A DNA stretch of 64,000 nt, taken from the NCBI GenBank assembly GCA_012295275.1, contig CM022675.1, positions 2,232,001 to 2,296,000 on the forward strand, in the 5' to 3' direction. The first letter of the stretch is position 1. Every line of letters begins with the position of its first letter. This document shows positions 39,324-64,000 of this stretch, one piece after another. Made by a program: the position numbers and the translations under genes. Origin of the DNA: Chrysomallon squamiferum. Taxonomy: Eukaryota; Animalia; Mollusca. Under the pieces are notes generated by a model. That model did no database searches. It had not been told where the DNA came from and saw only the letters and a program-made list of their open reading frames with translations.

Positions 39324-39475
39324 CTTGTTTCTTGTGACACTCACAAAAGAATCTTCGTCCTCATCTACACAGAATAAAACACAAAACTGCATCTCACGAT
39401 GTGTTTAGCTGTATTTATATGGTTAGGACAAAGAAACCATCCTGTCCAATGAATAACTGCTTTTAAGTATTGCAT
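39324..39475 (-). promoter_or_regulatory. Putative core promoter and non-coding exon 1 of gene B
   Basis: CCAAT element 39446-39450, TATAAATA 39412-39419, donor AACAAG|gtagg at 39324/39323; block conserved with 5898-6077. Confidence 0.7.
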
Positions 39476-39479
39476 CATA

Positions 39480-39592
<113 letters not shown>

Positions 39593-39689
39593 ATATATAT
39601 ACATATACAAATATAATTAAATGAAGTAATAAATGCTTCATTTTCATATTTTGCACGCATACATACATTGAGATACCGATGCCAAGACA

Positions 39690-39750
<61 letters not shown>

Positions 39751-39774
39751 ACACATAAACATCCTTCTAAGATT

Positions 39775-45420
<5,646 letters not shown>

Positions 45421-45594
45421 GCATAAAAGAGAAAATGTTATCACGAAAAAGAATAACAACAACAACAACAACAGCAACAAAATAAATAGGTAGTTACATA
45501 AATGAATAGAAGAGAATCTGACGTAGATATAAAGACACAAAACATTAGCTAGATATTTAGATAGAATCGTTACTGAGTACTGCAACAATGACGT

Positions 45595-47347
45595 CGAGTA
45601 CTACAGCTACCACTAATCCTACTGCACCTACGTTTCATTCTGTAGAACTATGGCTAAGTACTAATGTTAATACTAAAACGACTTCTACTTTTAATATAAG
45701 TATTAGTACTATTAATATATTAATATTAATAATGTATTAGTACTATTAATATATTAATATTAATACAAGTATTAGTACTATCATGAATAACACGCCTATT
45801 ACTACCACAGTAACAACTTCGACAATTAATAATACTATTACCACTAATAATTATTATATTACTACTACTACTATACTTTTAATTTTATTTACTGCTTTCA
45901 TTATTAAATACGGTATCATTTTCTTTTTCAAAGTTAAATAATAATAACAATAAAAATACAACTATAACTAATATTAATACTAATGCTAATACTACTATAA
46001 TAATAGTACCTAAGATTGATATTACATGTTTTCTGATGTCTATGGAGTAAAAAATAAAGGCTTTGAGATAGATATTATATCTGCAGGTGTTAGGGTGTGA
46101 CACAAATTTATATTTTCAGATGAATGCTGTTTGAAAAAATAAGAATACAAAACATATAAATAAATAAAGAAAATATTAATAAAAGTAAAAATAGTATTGA
46201 AGTACGTGTGTCTATGTTTTAAAACAGATTGCAGTGTTTACGATAATAATTTTCAAATCATGCAGCTGCTGGGACGGACACATAAATTTAAAGTAAATTA
46301 AGCTACCGTCGTCAAAGACATAAAATTATAAGAAAGATCACTGGCTATTAGATATATTAAATAACTTAGTTTGTGCTAGTGTATACACCATTCATCTAAC
46401 AAAAATATAAATAAATATCTCAAGTACTGCACCTGCAAGAACGTATACGAATATTTCATGCTAAATTAAACTACCGTCGTCAAACAATTAAATTATAACA
46501 AATACTGATGGCTGATAGATATATTTAAAAACGAATGTTTCATTCTGAATAGCGTGTACACAATTCATCTGAAAATACAACTTCATGTTACACCCTAACA
46601 TTCGCAGGTATAATAGCATTGTTTTTTTGTTTTTTTTTAGTTTATAGAAATCAGAGAACCTTTAATATCAGTTTAATGTAACATCTATATTTATGTGGTA
46701 AAATAAATTGCAGAAAAAAGTGTTTATGATATTAATTTTTACTTACTTCTTAGACATGACAGTAAACACGTTTAAAATAATGTAAATAAATATCTTGAGA
46801 AATGCACATGTGAGAACGCATTCAGATGTTTTATGCTAAATTAGACTACTCTCGTCAAAAAATTAAATTATCAAAAATACTAATGGTGATAGATATATTT
46901 AAAAACTAATTTTTCATTCTGAACAGCGTATACACCATTCATCTGAGAACACAACTTTGTGTCACACCCTAACATTCACATATATAATATCTATCATAGA
47001 GCATTTAGTTTTTACTCTTTAGAAATCAGAAAATTTTAATATCAATCTTAATTTAACATAATTTATTCTGATAGTCTGTATTCAAGTTCAGTTTGAAAAC
47101 ACTTGGAGGTATCGCTCGTACGTTTCTTCATTAAAACTACATACCCTAACATCCGCAGATATAATATCTTTCATAGAGCATTTAGTTGTTATCTCAGGAC
47201 ATTTCTTTTTTTTATTCTATTGAAATCAGAGACAATATGTACATTAAATTAATTATGTAATTTATTTTGAAAGTCTTTCAGTGCAGTATCTGAAGGCTCT
47301 CACAATCTGTCTAGAAAGAATATTTTGCCGTACAAATATTATTATTA

Positions 47348-47385
<38 letters not shown>

Positions 47386-47957
47386 TTAAAATCAAAATGA
47401 CATGATATTTGAGAACACATGCGGTAAATACAATTATAATATAAACATGTGTTGTTAGTTATAATAGTAGTATGGTGGTTGTTTTTGTTGTACTAGCAAC
47501 AGGAGTAGAAGTCGTCGTTTTAGTATTAGCATTAGTAGTTAACCATAGTACTAGCATCATGACAATAGCTACAGTAGGATTAGTGTAGTAATACTACTTC
47601 AAGTAGCTGTGGTTGTAGTCATAGTGATAGAGGTAGTAGTACAATCAGTGATAGTTGTATTAATGGTATTAATATTATTAGTATTTTTACTAATAACAAT
47701 GTTGAAACTAGTAGTAATGACGGAAGTTACAATAGTTAGAAAATAGAAATAAATGTAACACTTGTAGTAGCAATATAGACGCTCTTGTATAAGTAGTGGT
47801 TGCAATATTCTTACTCTTTGTTGTTCTAGTAATAGTCGTATCTCAAGTATATTACTACTTCTAATAATAATAATAATAATAATAATATAATACACAGGTA
47901 GATGCATACACGTATGCTTATACTTTCAGATATAAACATACAAATACTTATGCACAC

Positions 47958-48035
<78 letters not shown>

Positions 48036-48718
48036 ACTACACTGGAAGCTACCGTGCAACATTCAGTCCATTAATTTTAAAATCATTGGACGCATTTTCT
48101 ATTTTCTTCTTCTTCTGAATCGCTCTACGTTTCATCATTAAAACTGCATCAGCTAAGATAATCCATACATATAAACATAGTGAGATATACGTGCATGTTA
48201 CATACTTCAACACATGCATGTATAGGAGTATTGCATTCATGTGATAATAGAGCTTTTATTAATGTAATCCCTGCTGAGATCAAATGCAACTCGATTTTTA
48301 GTTTTGTATTTGTTTTGTATCAAAATTCTTTATAGTCATATCAATTTAACGTCGTCAAATATTTTATTCGTCTTTCAAAGTGTCCAAAAACCACTCAGAA
48401 TATGAATACATCAAACACTGTCATTAAACTATTAGTAGCTTTTACTGTAAGTGAGGCAAATAAGTCTGAGTAACAAATATATCACCATATATTCAGTGCA
48501 CCGAAATGGGTACATTCTATAATGTCAGTGAGTATATTTACACGTAAACAAAAATATACAGAGAAAAGATCTTTGTTCAGCTTTTGTTCAATGAGATTAT
48601 ATACACACATGTATACGTACATACAAACACACATGCATGCAGAGACACACACATACAGAAAAAACACTGCAGATAAATATGACTGTTATCGTTTTAATGA
48701 TACATATCATGATGATAA

Positions 48719-48762
<44 letters not shown>

Positions 48763-49390
48763 ATAATAATAATAATAATAATAATAATATACATTAAAAA
48801 CACACACATTTAGTGATTATATAGTAGATATTAATTCCTTTTATAATCCTGTTGCTGATAGGTGAACGAAAATAATGAAATAGCACAAGTTATTTACATT
48901 TAACGCTTTAGATATATTTTTAAAAAATGGGAGTTTTCGTGCAATATACAGTGCATTATTTTCACTTAGTATCCTCTATTTTTTCATTAAATTCGCTGTT
49001 GCATTTCCACATTAATATAACAACACACACACACACACAAACAGAAACACACACACACAAACAGACACACATATACACATACAGACACATTTACACACTT
49101 GTTTATGTGATAACAGCATCCTAACCATAGCGATGATGATTGGTGACGTCTCGAGTTAACATGTTTGTTTCTGTCGAGTAATAAAACCAAACAATTGCAT
49201 AATACGTTACAGACAAACACAGGACACACAGATAGACCTACATATATAAAGACAGATATTACGTATGTTCCTAGACTGCTACATATATGTTCGACAGACT
49301 GCAACATAGATATGTGCACAAATCGACAGCATGAAAATGGATACATAAATACATACACACACCTACATTCCTTCATAACAAAAAATATAC
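45595..49390 (+). repeat. Direct segmental duplication, copy 1 (upstream of gene B)
   Basis: Colinear anchors shared with 59640-63950: acgcctatta, ttagggtgtgacacaaa, ctcagaatatgaata, gggagttttcgtgcaatataca, ggtgacgtctcgagttaacatgtttg, ctacattccttcataaca. Confidence 0.85.
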
Positions 49391-49874
49391 AGTTTTGTGA
49401 GTGCGTGTGTTTGTGTGCGTGTGTTTCTTTGCTGCTATTTCTCTGCTTACTCCTCCTATTTTCCTTGTTTAATATTTTCATTCTATTAATGACTCTATTT
49501 TAAAAGTCTTTCAAGTCCTTCAAGAAGTGTTTTTAATCAATGACCGTGATATGAAGAATCATTTTAGTGAACGAAGATGTTTAGACATAAGAAACTGCAG
49601 TGAGATGTGAGAAGTGTGTTTAAAAAGTAAATAAATTAAATAAATAAAACAAATAAAATAAATAAAATAAATAAAATAAAATAAAATAAAATAAATTAAG
49701 TAAAGACAGAAGGAAACAAACAAACAAAGAAACAAAGCCACAAATATCTTGCAAAATTAACAGATATGGCTCAAGACTGGACAGTATTTTATAAAGCTAT
49801 TGAAAATACAATATTTTTCTAAGAATAAAAATATTGTTAATGGGTAAAAATATTGTACTATGAGGTAAACATAT

Positions 49875-49991
<117 letters not shown>

Positions 49992-50460
49992 GACGTGCGA
50001 GGTGAAACTTGAAGACTGATGTCAACATTTCAACACGATCCTCGCAAACAGCAGCATGAGTCTTCATTATTATTATTAATTGTTTTTAATAATTGAATCC
50101 TGAACTGATGTTTCAACTTTATTTTGCTTTTAATATTTCGTATGTTTTGATTCCTTTAAACATTATCATAAGGCAAATTCAAAAGTTTAAATATATAGAA
50201 CATTCCTAAGACCAGAAACCCCATAAAAAGAACAAATGAGAAGATAATAAATAATGATAAGCACCAAAAGCAAAACAGCGATTTAATTTTTCTTACATAT
50301 AGTAATGTAATAATTATATGTACATCAGATAACGTCCAAGTAATATTTATAGCTTATGAAAGAAAACACATAACATGGAAATCATTTCTAAAAGCATTTA
50401 TTAAAAGTAATGGAAATATAATTAAATATAAAATAATCATAGTTATAATCATAAATACAA

Positions 50461-50496
<36 letters not shown>

Positions 50497-51177
50497 TATA
50501 TATATATATTTTTTTTCGAATTATACAGATGCAAGCTTTACTAGCAGCAGAAGAAGCATGAAAATTAAGTAATATTAATACCATTACTAATGCAATTATA
50601 ATAATAATACTAATAATAAAGTAATAGTAAAATATAAGCGAAAGAGTAAACTAACAAACAAAAATCAACAACAAAAACAAACAAATTAATACAGAAGCAA
50701 TTGAAGGAAAAAGATAATCATAAACAGAAATATCAAAAGTCGATGTAACTGAAAATTAGATGTGAACATTCTGTGTTTATGTTTATTGCCATTCAAAGAA
50801 ACACTCATAGCAGTAATCAATCTCCTTTAAGCGACTCCCTCAACCAGTGAAAGTTAACTGCAAACAAACTTAATAAAATAATAATAATAATAAAATAACA
50901 GTAAAATATAAATATAATTTCTTTTTATAATTCTTAATAATATGTAAAACATCCTTATATTAAAATGACTGTATAGAAAAACAAACAATGAAATGTTTGT
51001 TTCATTTTATTAAATTTATTTTTATTTATTTTTATTTGATTGTCCTTTTAATTTTCATTTTATGACAATATATGTATTAGTAGTACCACTAATACTGATA
51101 TTGTTACTACTACTACTACTGCTATATATTGAGTAAATCAATAAATTATAAAAGTAATATATATATAGATATATGAT

Positions 51178-52052
51178 CTGGAGGACAAACTTTGACAGAA
51201 CATTCTGTAGAGACTGCGTTGTTTTTGTTAAAGGTGAAAACTTTCAACTTGAATGTGACGTTGTTTCCCGATCTTTCAGTGTTCTTGTATCATCAGTTTA
51301 CCAATCTCAGACGAAGGACAGCTGAATAAATAAAGAGTATCAGATTAAATAGGATTTCTCTTTAGTTTTCTCGATCTGAATCAACTCTAGGTGTTTTAAA
51401 GAGAGATTCGCTGTTTTAGTTCTGAGAAGTTATAAAGGTAGGTTGTTTATCGAGAGGTCACTAATTTACGTAAAATATATTTATTTAAATCTAGAATGTA
51501 TCTGATTGTTGAAGTGTAAAAAAATTAAATCTACTTAAATTACGGCTAAAAAAATAATAATAATAAGAATAATGATTATATATATATATATATATATATC
51601 TGTGTATGTGTGCGTGTGATGATGTGTGTGTGTTATTATTATTATTATTACTATTTTTATCATTACTAGTAGTAGTAGTAGTATTTTTTTTTTTACATAC
51701 GTATGTACATATATATAGATATATGAAAATTAAAAATACAAAAAAAATAACAATAAAAACAATAATAATGGTAAAAATATAAAATAAAATAAAACTTTTC
51801 TGACAGGTAACTTCATCTATATAGAAATACATTAGCGTTTGTAAACAATAATAATGATGATGTTCATGATGATGATGCTAATTATAACAGTCACAGTAAT
51901 AATAGCAACAACAACAACAAGAGTAAAAACAATAACAACAATAATAATAAAATTAAATATAATTGCAATAGTAATACTAATACTACCACTACTACTGCTA
52001 CTACTATAATAATAACAAGAAATTAATAATAATAATAAGAAGAAGAAGAATA

Positions 52053-52087
<35 letters not shown>

Positions 52088-53921
52088 TGGAAAGAAAGAG
52101 TATTAGATCAAATGACAAGGTTAAATTTCATTTAGGATTTGTTTAAAATACGACCGCATTTTGTGAAACCACATCATCAGTCTGACTGTGTATTTACTAG
52201 CATAATTTTAAGTCTATTATACACATAAATATGACCTAACTATTGTTATTCATTTATTTATTTATTTAATTTATATTACTTTACTGGTAGGTTAATATAA
52301 AGTTAATACATACACACATACATACACATATAACTGGCTAAATTATTTTAATAAATTATAACATTGACAATGGAATATCATCTACCGTTCATTAGTAGAT
52401 GAAAACAGTGGTAGATATAAAGATAGTATTTTGAAAAGTAGAATGAGTAACTCACATCTTTTCTTTTCACAGCTGTCACCATAGAAACCAGGTGGAAAGA
52501 AACACGCCTTCTTCCCATTATCTTTGTAACAGATACCTCCATCAGAGCCACAAGAGTCAGTCTGATTGGTAACACGGACTTGCTCCACTCAAACCTGAAA
52601 ACACAAATTAATAATCAATAATAAAATAATAATATTAATAATAGAACTAAAAATCAAAAACAAATAATAATAAATAAATAAAAAAATCAATAAAAAGTAA
52701 AAAAGAAGACGAAATAGAAAAAGAATGAAAGGAAAAAAAAAAAAAATATATATATTTGTGATTTTCTGTTTTAACAAAAATAACAAGCAAAACAACCACA
52801 ACCGTTGTCTAACATGCTATAGAAAGGTTATTACTGATTATGTTGTTTCTTTGGATACCAAACATTTGATATATTAAAATTATAGAACAACTTTGATATA
52901 ATATCTCATTGGATACACTCAGAAAAGATTGGTGTCAGCTGGTTTGTTTACTTGGTTTTGTTTTTTTATGTTTTATTTCTTTCTGGTTGCACTCTCTCGT
53001 ATAAAATATTTGATATAAAAACATTAGAAAACTCACTTTTCTGCAGCTCACAGTTGTAGCCAGAGTAGTCATTTCCACAGTCACAGGTGCCGTCATTTTG
53101 ACAAGTTTTATTATTAGCACAATCCTGACCTTGTCGTCTGCAGTCGAAGTACTCTTCACCTGTAAACAACATTTTAAGATATATCCTGACCTACTTAATT
53201 AAATAGTAATAATAGCAGTAGGAGTAGCAGTTATTAATAATAACTAAACAAGAAAAAGAATAAAACAAAATAGAAGATGAATGCAAACATGAAATCTGTA
53301 GTGTGCAATTTCAAATAAAGGAAAGAACACGTGCGAGCTATAGAACTGAAAAAGTCATCAATTATTTTTTTCAATATTTTATTTTTTATTTATTTATTTA
53401 TAGTCTTGTTTTCCTTTGGCGAAAACTTACTACGACTGTAATTACTACTACTACTACTACTACTACTACAAATAATAATAATAATAATAATATTTAAATT
53501 AATTTTATTAGAAACTTTAATTTGATTTATTTGTTTATAAATTGCATTTCACAATTTAAATTATCTGCTTTTATACCGAATTTCAATATTAATTTACCTA
53601 TTTTTAAATATTATTTCTCTATGGAAATTATCTATTTCTGAAATGAAAAAAAAATACATTATCTATTTAAATTATATATTTTAATACAATTTCTCTCTTT
53701 GGATAATATATTTGTTTATTGTATATAGTCAATGAAATTATCATGTTCTAATGCTATTTGACTATTTAAATTTAAATATATATATTCCCTGTGTGAATTA
53801 TCTATTTTCAAATTTTCTTTATTTAATTAACGTAAAATATTTCTATAAAGAAACATGGAACAACGTTACCTAGACCACTGGAACAACCTAGAAATATCAG
53901 ATACACGAATGATATCCACAT
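51178..53921 (-). pseudogene. Paralog D: deleted and frameshifted copy
   Basis: Signal exon 53870-53921 and EGF1 53037-53159 intact; EGF2 52456-52594 is 139 nt (+1 frameshift, CFC to CFF); only YEVTCQKS of ZP-N left (51793-51816); ZP-C exon remnant 51178-51321 with +1 frameshift and truncation. Confidence 0.88.
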
Positions 53922-55479
53922 CTTTAATATATACTGAAAAGAAGATTAGATAAATAAACAAATAATTAAATTAATTAATTAATTAATTAAAAAAAATTTA
54001 AAATAAAATAACACATGTCTGGATGAAAGTCACGTAGAGGTGATCACAGTGAATGTTTGACTGCACTCACATATTATTCAGCATCAGCCTTGATTTGAAA
54101 CTGGACTCAAATAAAAATATAGAGATATTTCTGTACATCTATGTGATAAATATGATTATACAAACATGTTTAACGTTATAGTTAAAAACAGACAGAGAAA
54201 AAACATTATAAATAAATAAAACAAACTAAGATAAACTAAACGAGATTATAACAGAATATAAACAACAACAACAAGAACAAAAAGTCTATATAAGTACATA
54301 CATAATACCAGAAGCAGATACAGCAAATTAGATAGTTAGGGAAACAGATACATATATAGATTCATACACTGATACAATCAATATCGTAGAATCAATATCG
54401 TCAACTACGATTAATATATATATATATCTGTGTGTGTCTGTTAAATGTAGGTGCTTTAAAACAATTAAAGACGTGCTGTAAAACAGTAGAGAACTAACAA
54501 AACGATTAACCGTTCTGAAATACGCCAGTGACTGTCTGTTAACATCTTAGTAATAATTTGTTTTATCTTAATTTGTATTTATTTTGTTTCTTTTCATGTA
54601 AAATATCATCCAAAGCAAACGGTTACAAAATAAAGTAAAATATTACATTGAATACATGTCTGATAAGAAAACTCACACCAAAACTGTCACTAAATTTTGA
54701 ATCTTTAATTTTAAATTTTAAATTAACATCCACTATGAACTACAAACTAAAAGTTTTATTATTTTTTTTTTTTTTGAAAATGTCTTTATCAGAACCATCT
54801 AAAAGGGAAGAGCGGATATACATATATCTCTATATACATACATACATAAATACATACAAATATATGTGTGTGTTTGTGTGTGTGGATATATAACAAAAAT
54901 AATATATATACACACCCCACACACACACACACACACATACATACATACAAACATATATACAGAAACCCACCCATATAAATACAACTTACACAAATAAGAA
55001 ATAGAACAAAAATTAAAATTAAAACAACAACAAAAAACAAATGTGATAACCCTCGCAATGAACTAATAGGAACACACAAAATCTCGCGTGAAGGCAGTTG
55101 ACAGTTTCGCAAACTGACCGCTTACAAAAATGCATATTTCAGTTCTATGTAATAGCTGGTATGGTTACAGCTGAAGTGATAAAACCGAGTTGCAGTGATA
55201 AGAATATATGGAGGAATCCTTAAATTTGAATTTTGTTGCATTTTTGTGTGAAAGATAAAATAATTATTCTTGAAGTTAATTTTTAAAATGATTTGTATAA
55301 GTTTACAAATGAACATACAGAAAGACATATATTTTATGTCTGTACAAATATATAGAAAGTATACAGAAATATTTACTTACATAATATACATACCAATATA
55401 TTGAAAATGTGCACATATATTTATTGACGTAGCATACATAGAAATATGTAAAACTAGAAAGTGTACGCACAGAAGTAGC

Positions 55480-55850
55480 ATACAAACAAACACATATATT
55501 TTTAATGAAGATACATACAAACAAACACGTATATTTTTAATGTAGTTACATATAAACAAACAAACATATATTTTTAATGCTGTTACTTACACACTAACAC
55601 ACATATATTTTTTTACTGAAGTTACATATAAACAAACACACATATATTTTTGATGAAGTTACATACAAACAGACACATTTTTATGAAGTTAGATATAAAC
55701 AAACACACACATATTTTTAATGAAGTCACATATAAACAAACACACATATATTTTTTATGAAGTGACATACATTCAAAGACACACATATTTTTACTGCAGT
55801 TTCGTACAAACAAACACATATAATTTTAATGAAGTTACATATAAAACAGC
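55480..55850. repeat. Degenerate ~35-40-bp minisatellite in intron 1 of paralog D
   Basis: ttttaatgaagttacatataaacaaacacacatat repeated about 9 times. Confidence 0.8.
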
Positions 55851-56040
55851 AGATATATCATACATACAAATATATAGGAATTTACTTATACATTTACTAA
55901 AGTAGCTTAAAAATAAGAATATTTAAAGTCTACACATTTGCGTATCGTACATACACATAAAAAGAAAGTGGACACATATATTTTTGAAGTAGCATACAAA
56001 TAATTATATTTAAAGTGTACACATACATTTAGTGACGTAG

Positions 56041-56080
<40 letters not shown>

Positions 56081-56102
56081 TAGAAAGGCGAGCTGAACGT
56101 AC

Positions 56103-56200
56103 CTTGTTTACTGTAGCACTCCTAGTAAACCGAGTTCCTGTGCTCTGTTTGGAAAAATATAAAAGTGTGTATTAAAAAGCTTTTATGCTATTTATGTGGT
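56103..56200 (-). promoter_or_regulatory. Probable non-coding exon 1 and TATA-like box of paralog D
   Basis: GAGTGCTACAGTAAACAAG|gtacgttca resembles GAGTGTCACAAGAAACAAG|gtaggttca of the other copies; CATAAATA at 56189-56196. Confidence 0.5.
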
Positions 56201-56287
56201 GAGGGAAAAAAAGAAGCTATTTCAGTGCATCACTGATTTTAAATCACATGTGAAGCTCATCATAATTTTTTATGTTTATTATTATTA

Positions 56288-56360
<73 letters not shown>

Positions 56361-56376
56361 TATTATTATTAATTAG

Positions 56377-56411
<35 letters not shown>

Positions 56412-59400
56412 GTATTGTTATTAGTATTATTATTAGTATTATTATTATTTATATATTTATTTATTTATTTTATTTTTTTATTTATTTTTTTTAAATTTTA
56501 TTATTATTTTTATTTATTTGTTTATTTATTAATTTACTATTATTATTATTACTTTGTTTTACTTAGCCACTGATCTTTAGACATGGGTTCTGGTACATAT
56601 ACAAAGTTAACTGAAAATGTATACATATCACGCTATCGTGTAAGCAGACTAAGTGTATTTATTTATTTAGTTATTTAATTATTTATTTACTTACTTATTT
56701 ATTTGTGAGTTTGTTTATTTGTTGTTTGTTTTGTTATTTGTTTCCATTATTTATTTGTATTCCTTGTTTAGTGGGTTTATGATTTTACTAGTAGACTGAC
56801 ATCAATTATTACAGCTATGACAGCTGTTATTGCTACAACTGCTACTGTTACTAGTGCTTATCAACTAGTAATGTTACTGTCATTGCTTTTACTACTACTG
56901 CTTTTACAACTACATCATTTACAACTACTACTGTCACTATCACTACAACCACAGCTACTTGAAGTAGTATCACAAGGATTATTACTACGACTACCAGTTT
57001 TACTCTTCGCTACTATTAACACAAATGATACTACTTCTGTTATTACTGTTACTGCCGCTGGATCGTTATGAATTGCTGCAACAATCATTTCCAGTTCTAG
57101 AGCTACGACTAATACCAATACTACTACTTGTCATACTGCTAGTACAAGAGCTACCACTAATACTAATACTACTACTTGTCATACTGCTAGTACTAGAGCT
57201 ACCACTAATACTAATACTACTACTGCTAGTGCTAGAGCTACCACTAATACCAATACTACTACTTGTCATACTGCTAGTACTAGAGCTACCACTAATACAA
57301 ATACTACTACTTGTCATACTGCTAGTCCTAGAGCTACCACTAATACAAATACTACTACTTGTCATACTGCTAGTCCTAGAGCTACCACTAATACTAATAC
57401 TACTACTTGTCATACTGCTAGTACTAGAGCTACCACTAATACCAGTACTACTACTTGTCATACTGCTAGTACTAGAGCTACCACTAATACCAATACTACT
57501 ACTTGTCATACTGCTAGTACTAGAGCTACCACTAATACCAATACTACTACTTGTCATACTGCTAGTACTAGAGCTACCACTAATACCAATACTACTACTT
57601 GTCTACTGCTAGTGCTAGAGCTACCACTAATACCAATACTACTACTTGTACTACTGCTGGTACTAGAGCTACCACTAATACCAATACTACTACTTGTCAT
57701 ACTGCTAGTACTAGAGCTACCACTAATACTAATACTACTACTGCTACTAGTACTAGAGCTACCACTAATATAATACTACTACTTGTCACTGCTGCTAGTA
57801 CTAGAGCTACCACTAATACTAATACTACTACTTGTCATACTGCTAGTACTAGAGCTACCACTAATACTAATACTACTACTGTCTAGCTAGTAGTACTAGA
57901 GCTACCACTAATACCAATACTACTACTGCTACTGCTAGTGCTAGAGCTACCACTAATACTAATACTACTACTGCTAGTACTAGAGATACCACTAATACTA
58001 ATACTACTACTTGTCATACTGCTAGTACTAGAGCTACGACTAATACCAATACTACTACTTGTCATACTGCTAGTACTAGAGCTACCACTAATACCAATAC
58101 TACTACTTGTCATACTGCTAGTGCTAGAGCTACCACTAATAATACCAATACTACTGTTGTCATACTGCTAGTACTAGAGCTACCACTAATACCAATACTA
58201 CTACTTGTCATACTGCTAGTACTAGAGCTACCACTAATACCAATACTACTACTTGTCATACTGCTAGTACTAGAACTACCACTAATACCAATACTACTAA
58301 TTGTCATACTGCTAGTACTAGAGCTACCACTAACACTAATACTACTACTTGTCATACTGCTAGTACTAGAGCTATGACTAATACCAATACTACTACTTGT
58401 CATACTGCTAGTACTAGAGCTACCACTAATACCAATACTACTACTTGTCATACTGCTAGTACTAGAGCTACCACTAATACCAATACTACTACTTGTCATA
58501 CTGCTAGTACTAGATCTACCACTAATACCAATACTACTACTTGTCATACTGCTAGTACTAGAGCTACCACTAATACAAATACTACTACTTGTCATACTGC
58601 TAGTCCTAGAGCTACCACTAATACCAATACTACTACTTGTCATACTGCTAGTACTAGAGCTACCACTAATACCAATACTACTACTTGTCATACTGCTAGT
58701 ACTAGAGCTACCACTAATACCAATACTACTACTTGTCATACTGCTAGTACTAGAGCTACCACTAATACCAATACTACTACTTGTCATACTGCTAGTACTA
58801 GAGCTACCAATAATACCAATACTACTACTTGTCATACTGCTAGTACTAGAGCTACCACTAATACCAATACTACTAGTTGTCACACTGCTACTACTAGAGC
58901 TACCACTAATACCAATACTACTACTTGTCATAATGCTAGTACTAGATCTACCACTAATACCAGTACTACTACTTGTCAAACTGCTTGTACTAGAGCTACC
59001 ACTAATATCAATACTACTACTTGTCATACTGCTAGTACTAGATCTACCAATAATACCAGTACTACTACTTGTCTTACTGCTAGTACTAGAGCTACCAGTA
59101 ATACCAATACTACTACTTGTCTTACTTCTAGTACTAGAGTTACCACTATAACGAGTACTACTACTGCTAGTACTAGAGCTACGACTAATACCAATACTAC
59201 TACTTGTCATACTGCTAGTACCAGATCTACCACTAATAGAATACCACTACTTGTCATACTGCTAGTTCTAGAGCTACCACTAATACCAATACTACTACTT
59301 GTCATACTGCTAGTACTAGAGCTACCACTAATACCAATACTACTACTTGTCATACTGCTAGTACCAGATCTACCACTAATAACAATACTACTACTTGTCA

Positions 59401-59639
59401 TACTGCTAGTACTAGATCTACCACTAATACCAATACTACTACTTGTCATACTGCTAGTACTAGAGCTACCACTAATACCAATACTACTACTTGTCATACT
59501 GCTAGTACCAGATCTACCCCTAATACAATACCACTACTTGTCATACTGCTACTACTAGAGCTACCACTAATACCAATACTACTACTTGTCATACTGCTAG
59601 TACCAGATCTACCACTAATACAATACTACTACTTGTCAT

Positions 59640-63950
<4,311 letters not shown>

Positions 63951-64000
63951 ATGTAACTGCGCTTCACCAACAGAGCTGTGTCTGTGTATGCGTGTGTGCG

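Noticed and set aside
58374-59558. 394-aa mucin-like Thr-rich ORF (TRATTNTNTTTCHTAS)n and overlapping Leu-rich and Ser-rich ORFs
   Set aside because: The 48-bp unit is stop-free in several frames by composition; indels switch frames repeatedly; no signal peptide or splice context; it lies in an inverted-repeat arm.

Overview
AT-rich, microsatellite-dense animal genomic DNA; the gene content suggests a mollusc, possibly a cephalopod, but the species cannot be established from sequence alone. Almost every entry in the supplied ORF track is a simple-repeat artefact. Splicing exons by hand reveals a cluster of paralogous EGF-EGF-ZP transmembrane genes. One copy (gene B, minus strand, CDS 34309-25467, 19 coding exons, 887 aa) is intact: signal peptide, two EGF domains, ZP-N, the first strands of ZP-C, a linker plus four SRCR domains, the rest of ZP-C, an RKRR furin site, an external hydrophobic patch, a TM helix and a short basic tail. 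The main finding is that the 440-aa SRCR array lies inside the ZP-C domain, bounded by phase-1 introns, so it could be skipped whole or one domain at a time. Three partial or damaged paralogs (A1, A2 on +; D on -) and the inferred 3' end of a fifth copy just before position 1 indicate a birth-and-death cluster. Gene orientation flips at a 200-N gap. The window also holds a Tc1 relic, tRNA-derived SINE-like heads, several minisatellites, foldback-like inverted repeats and segmental duplications.
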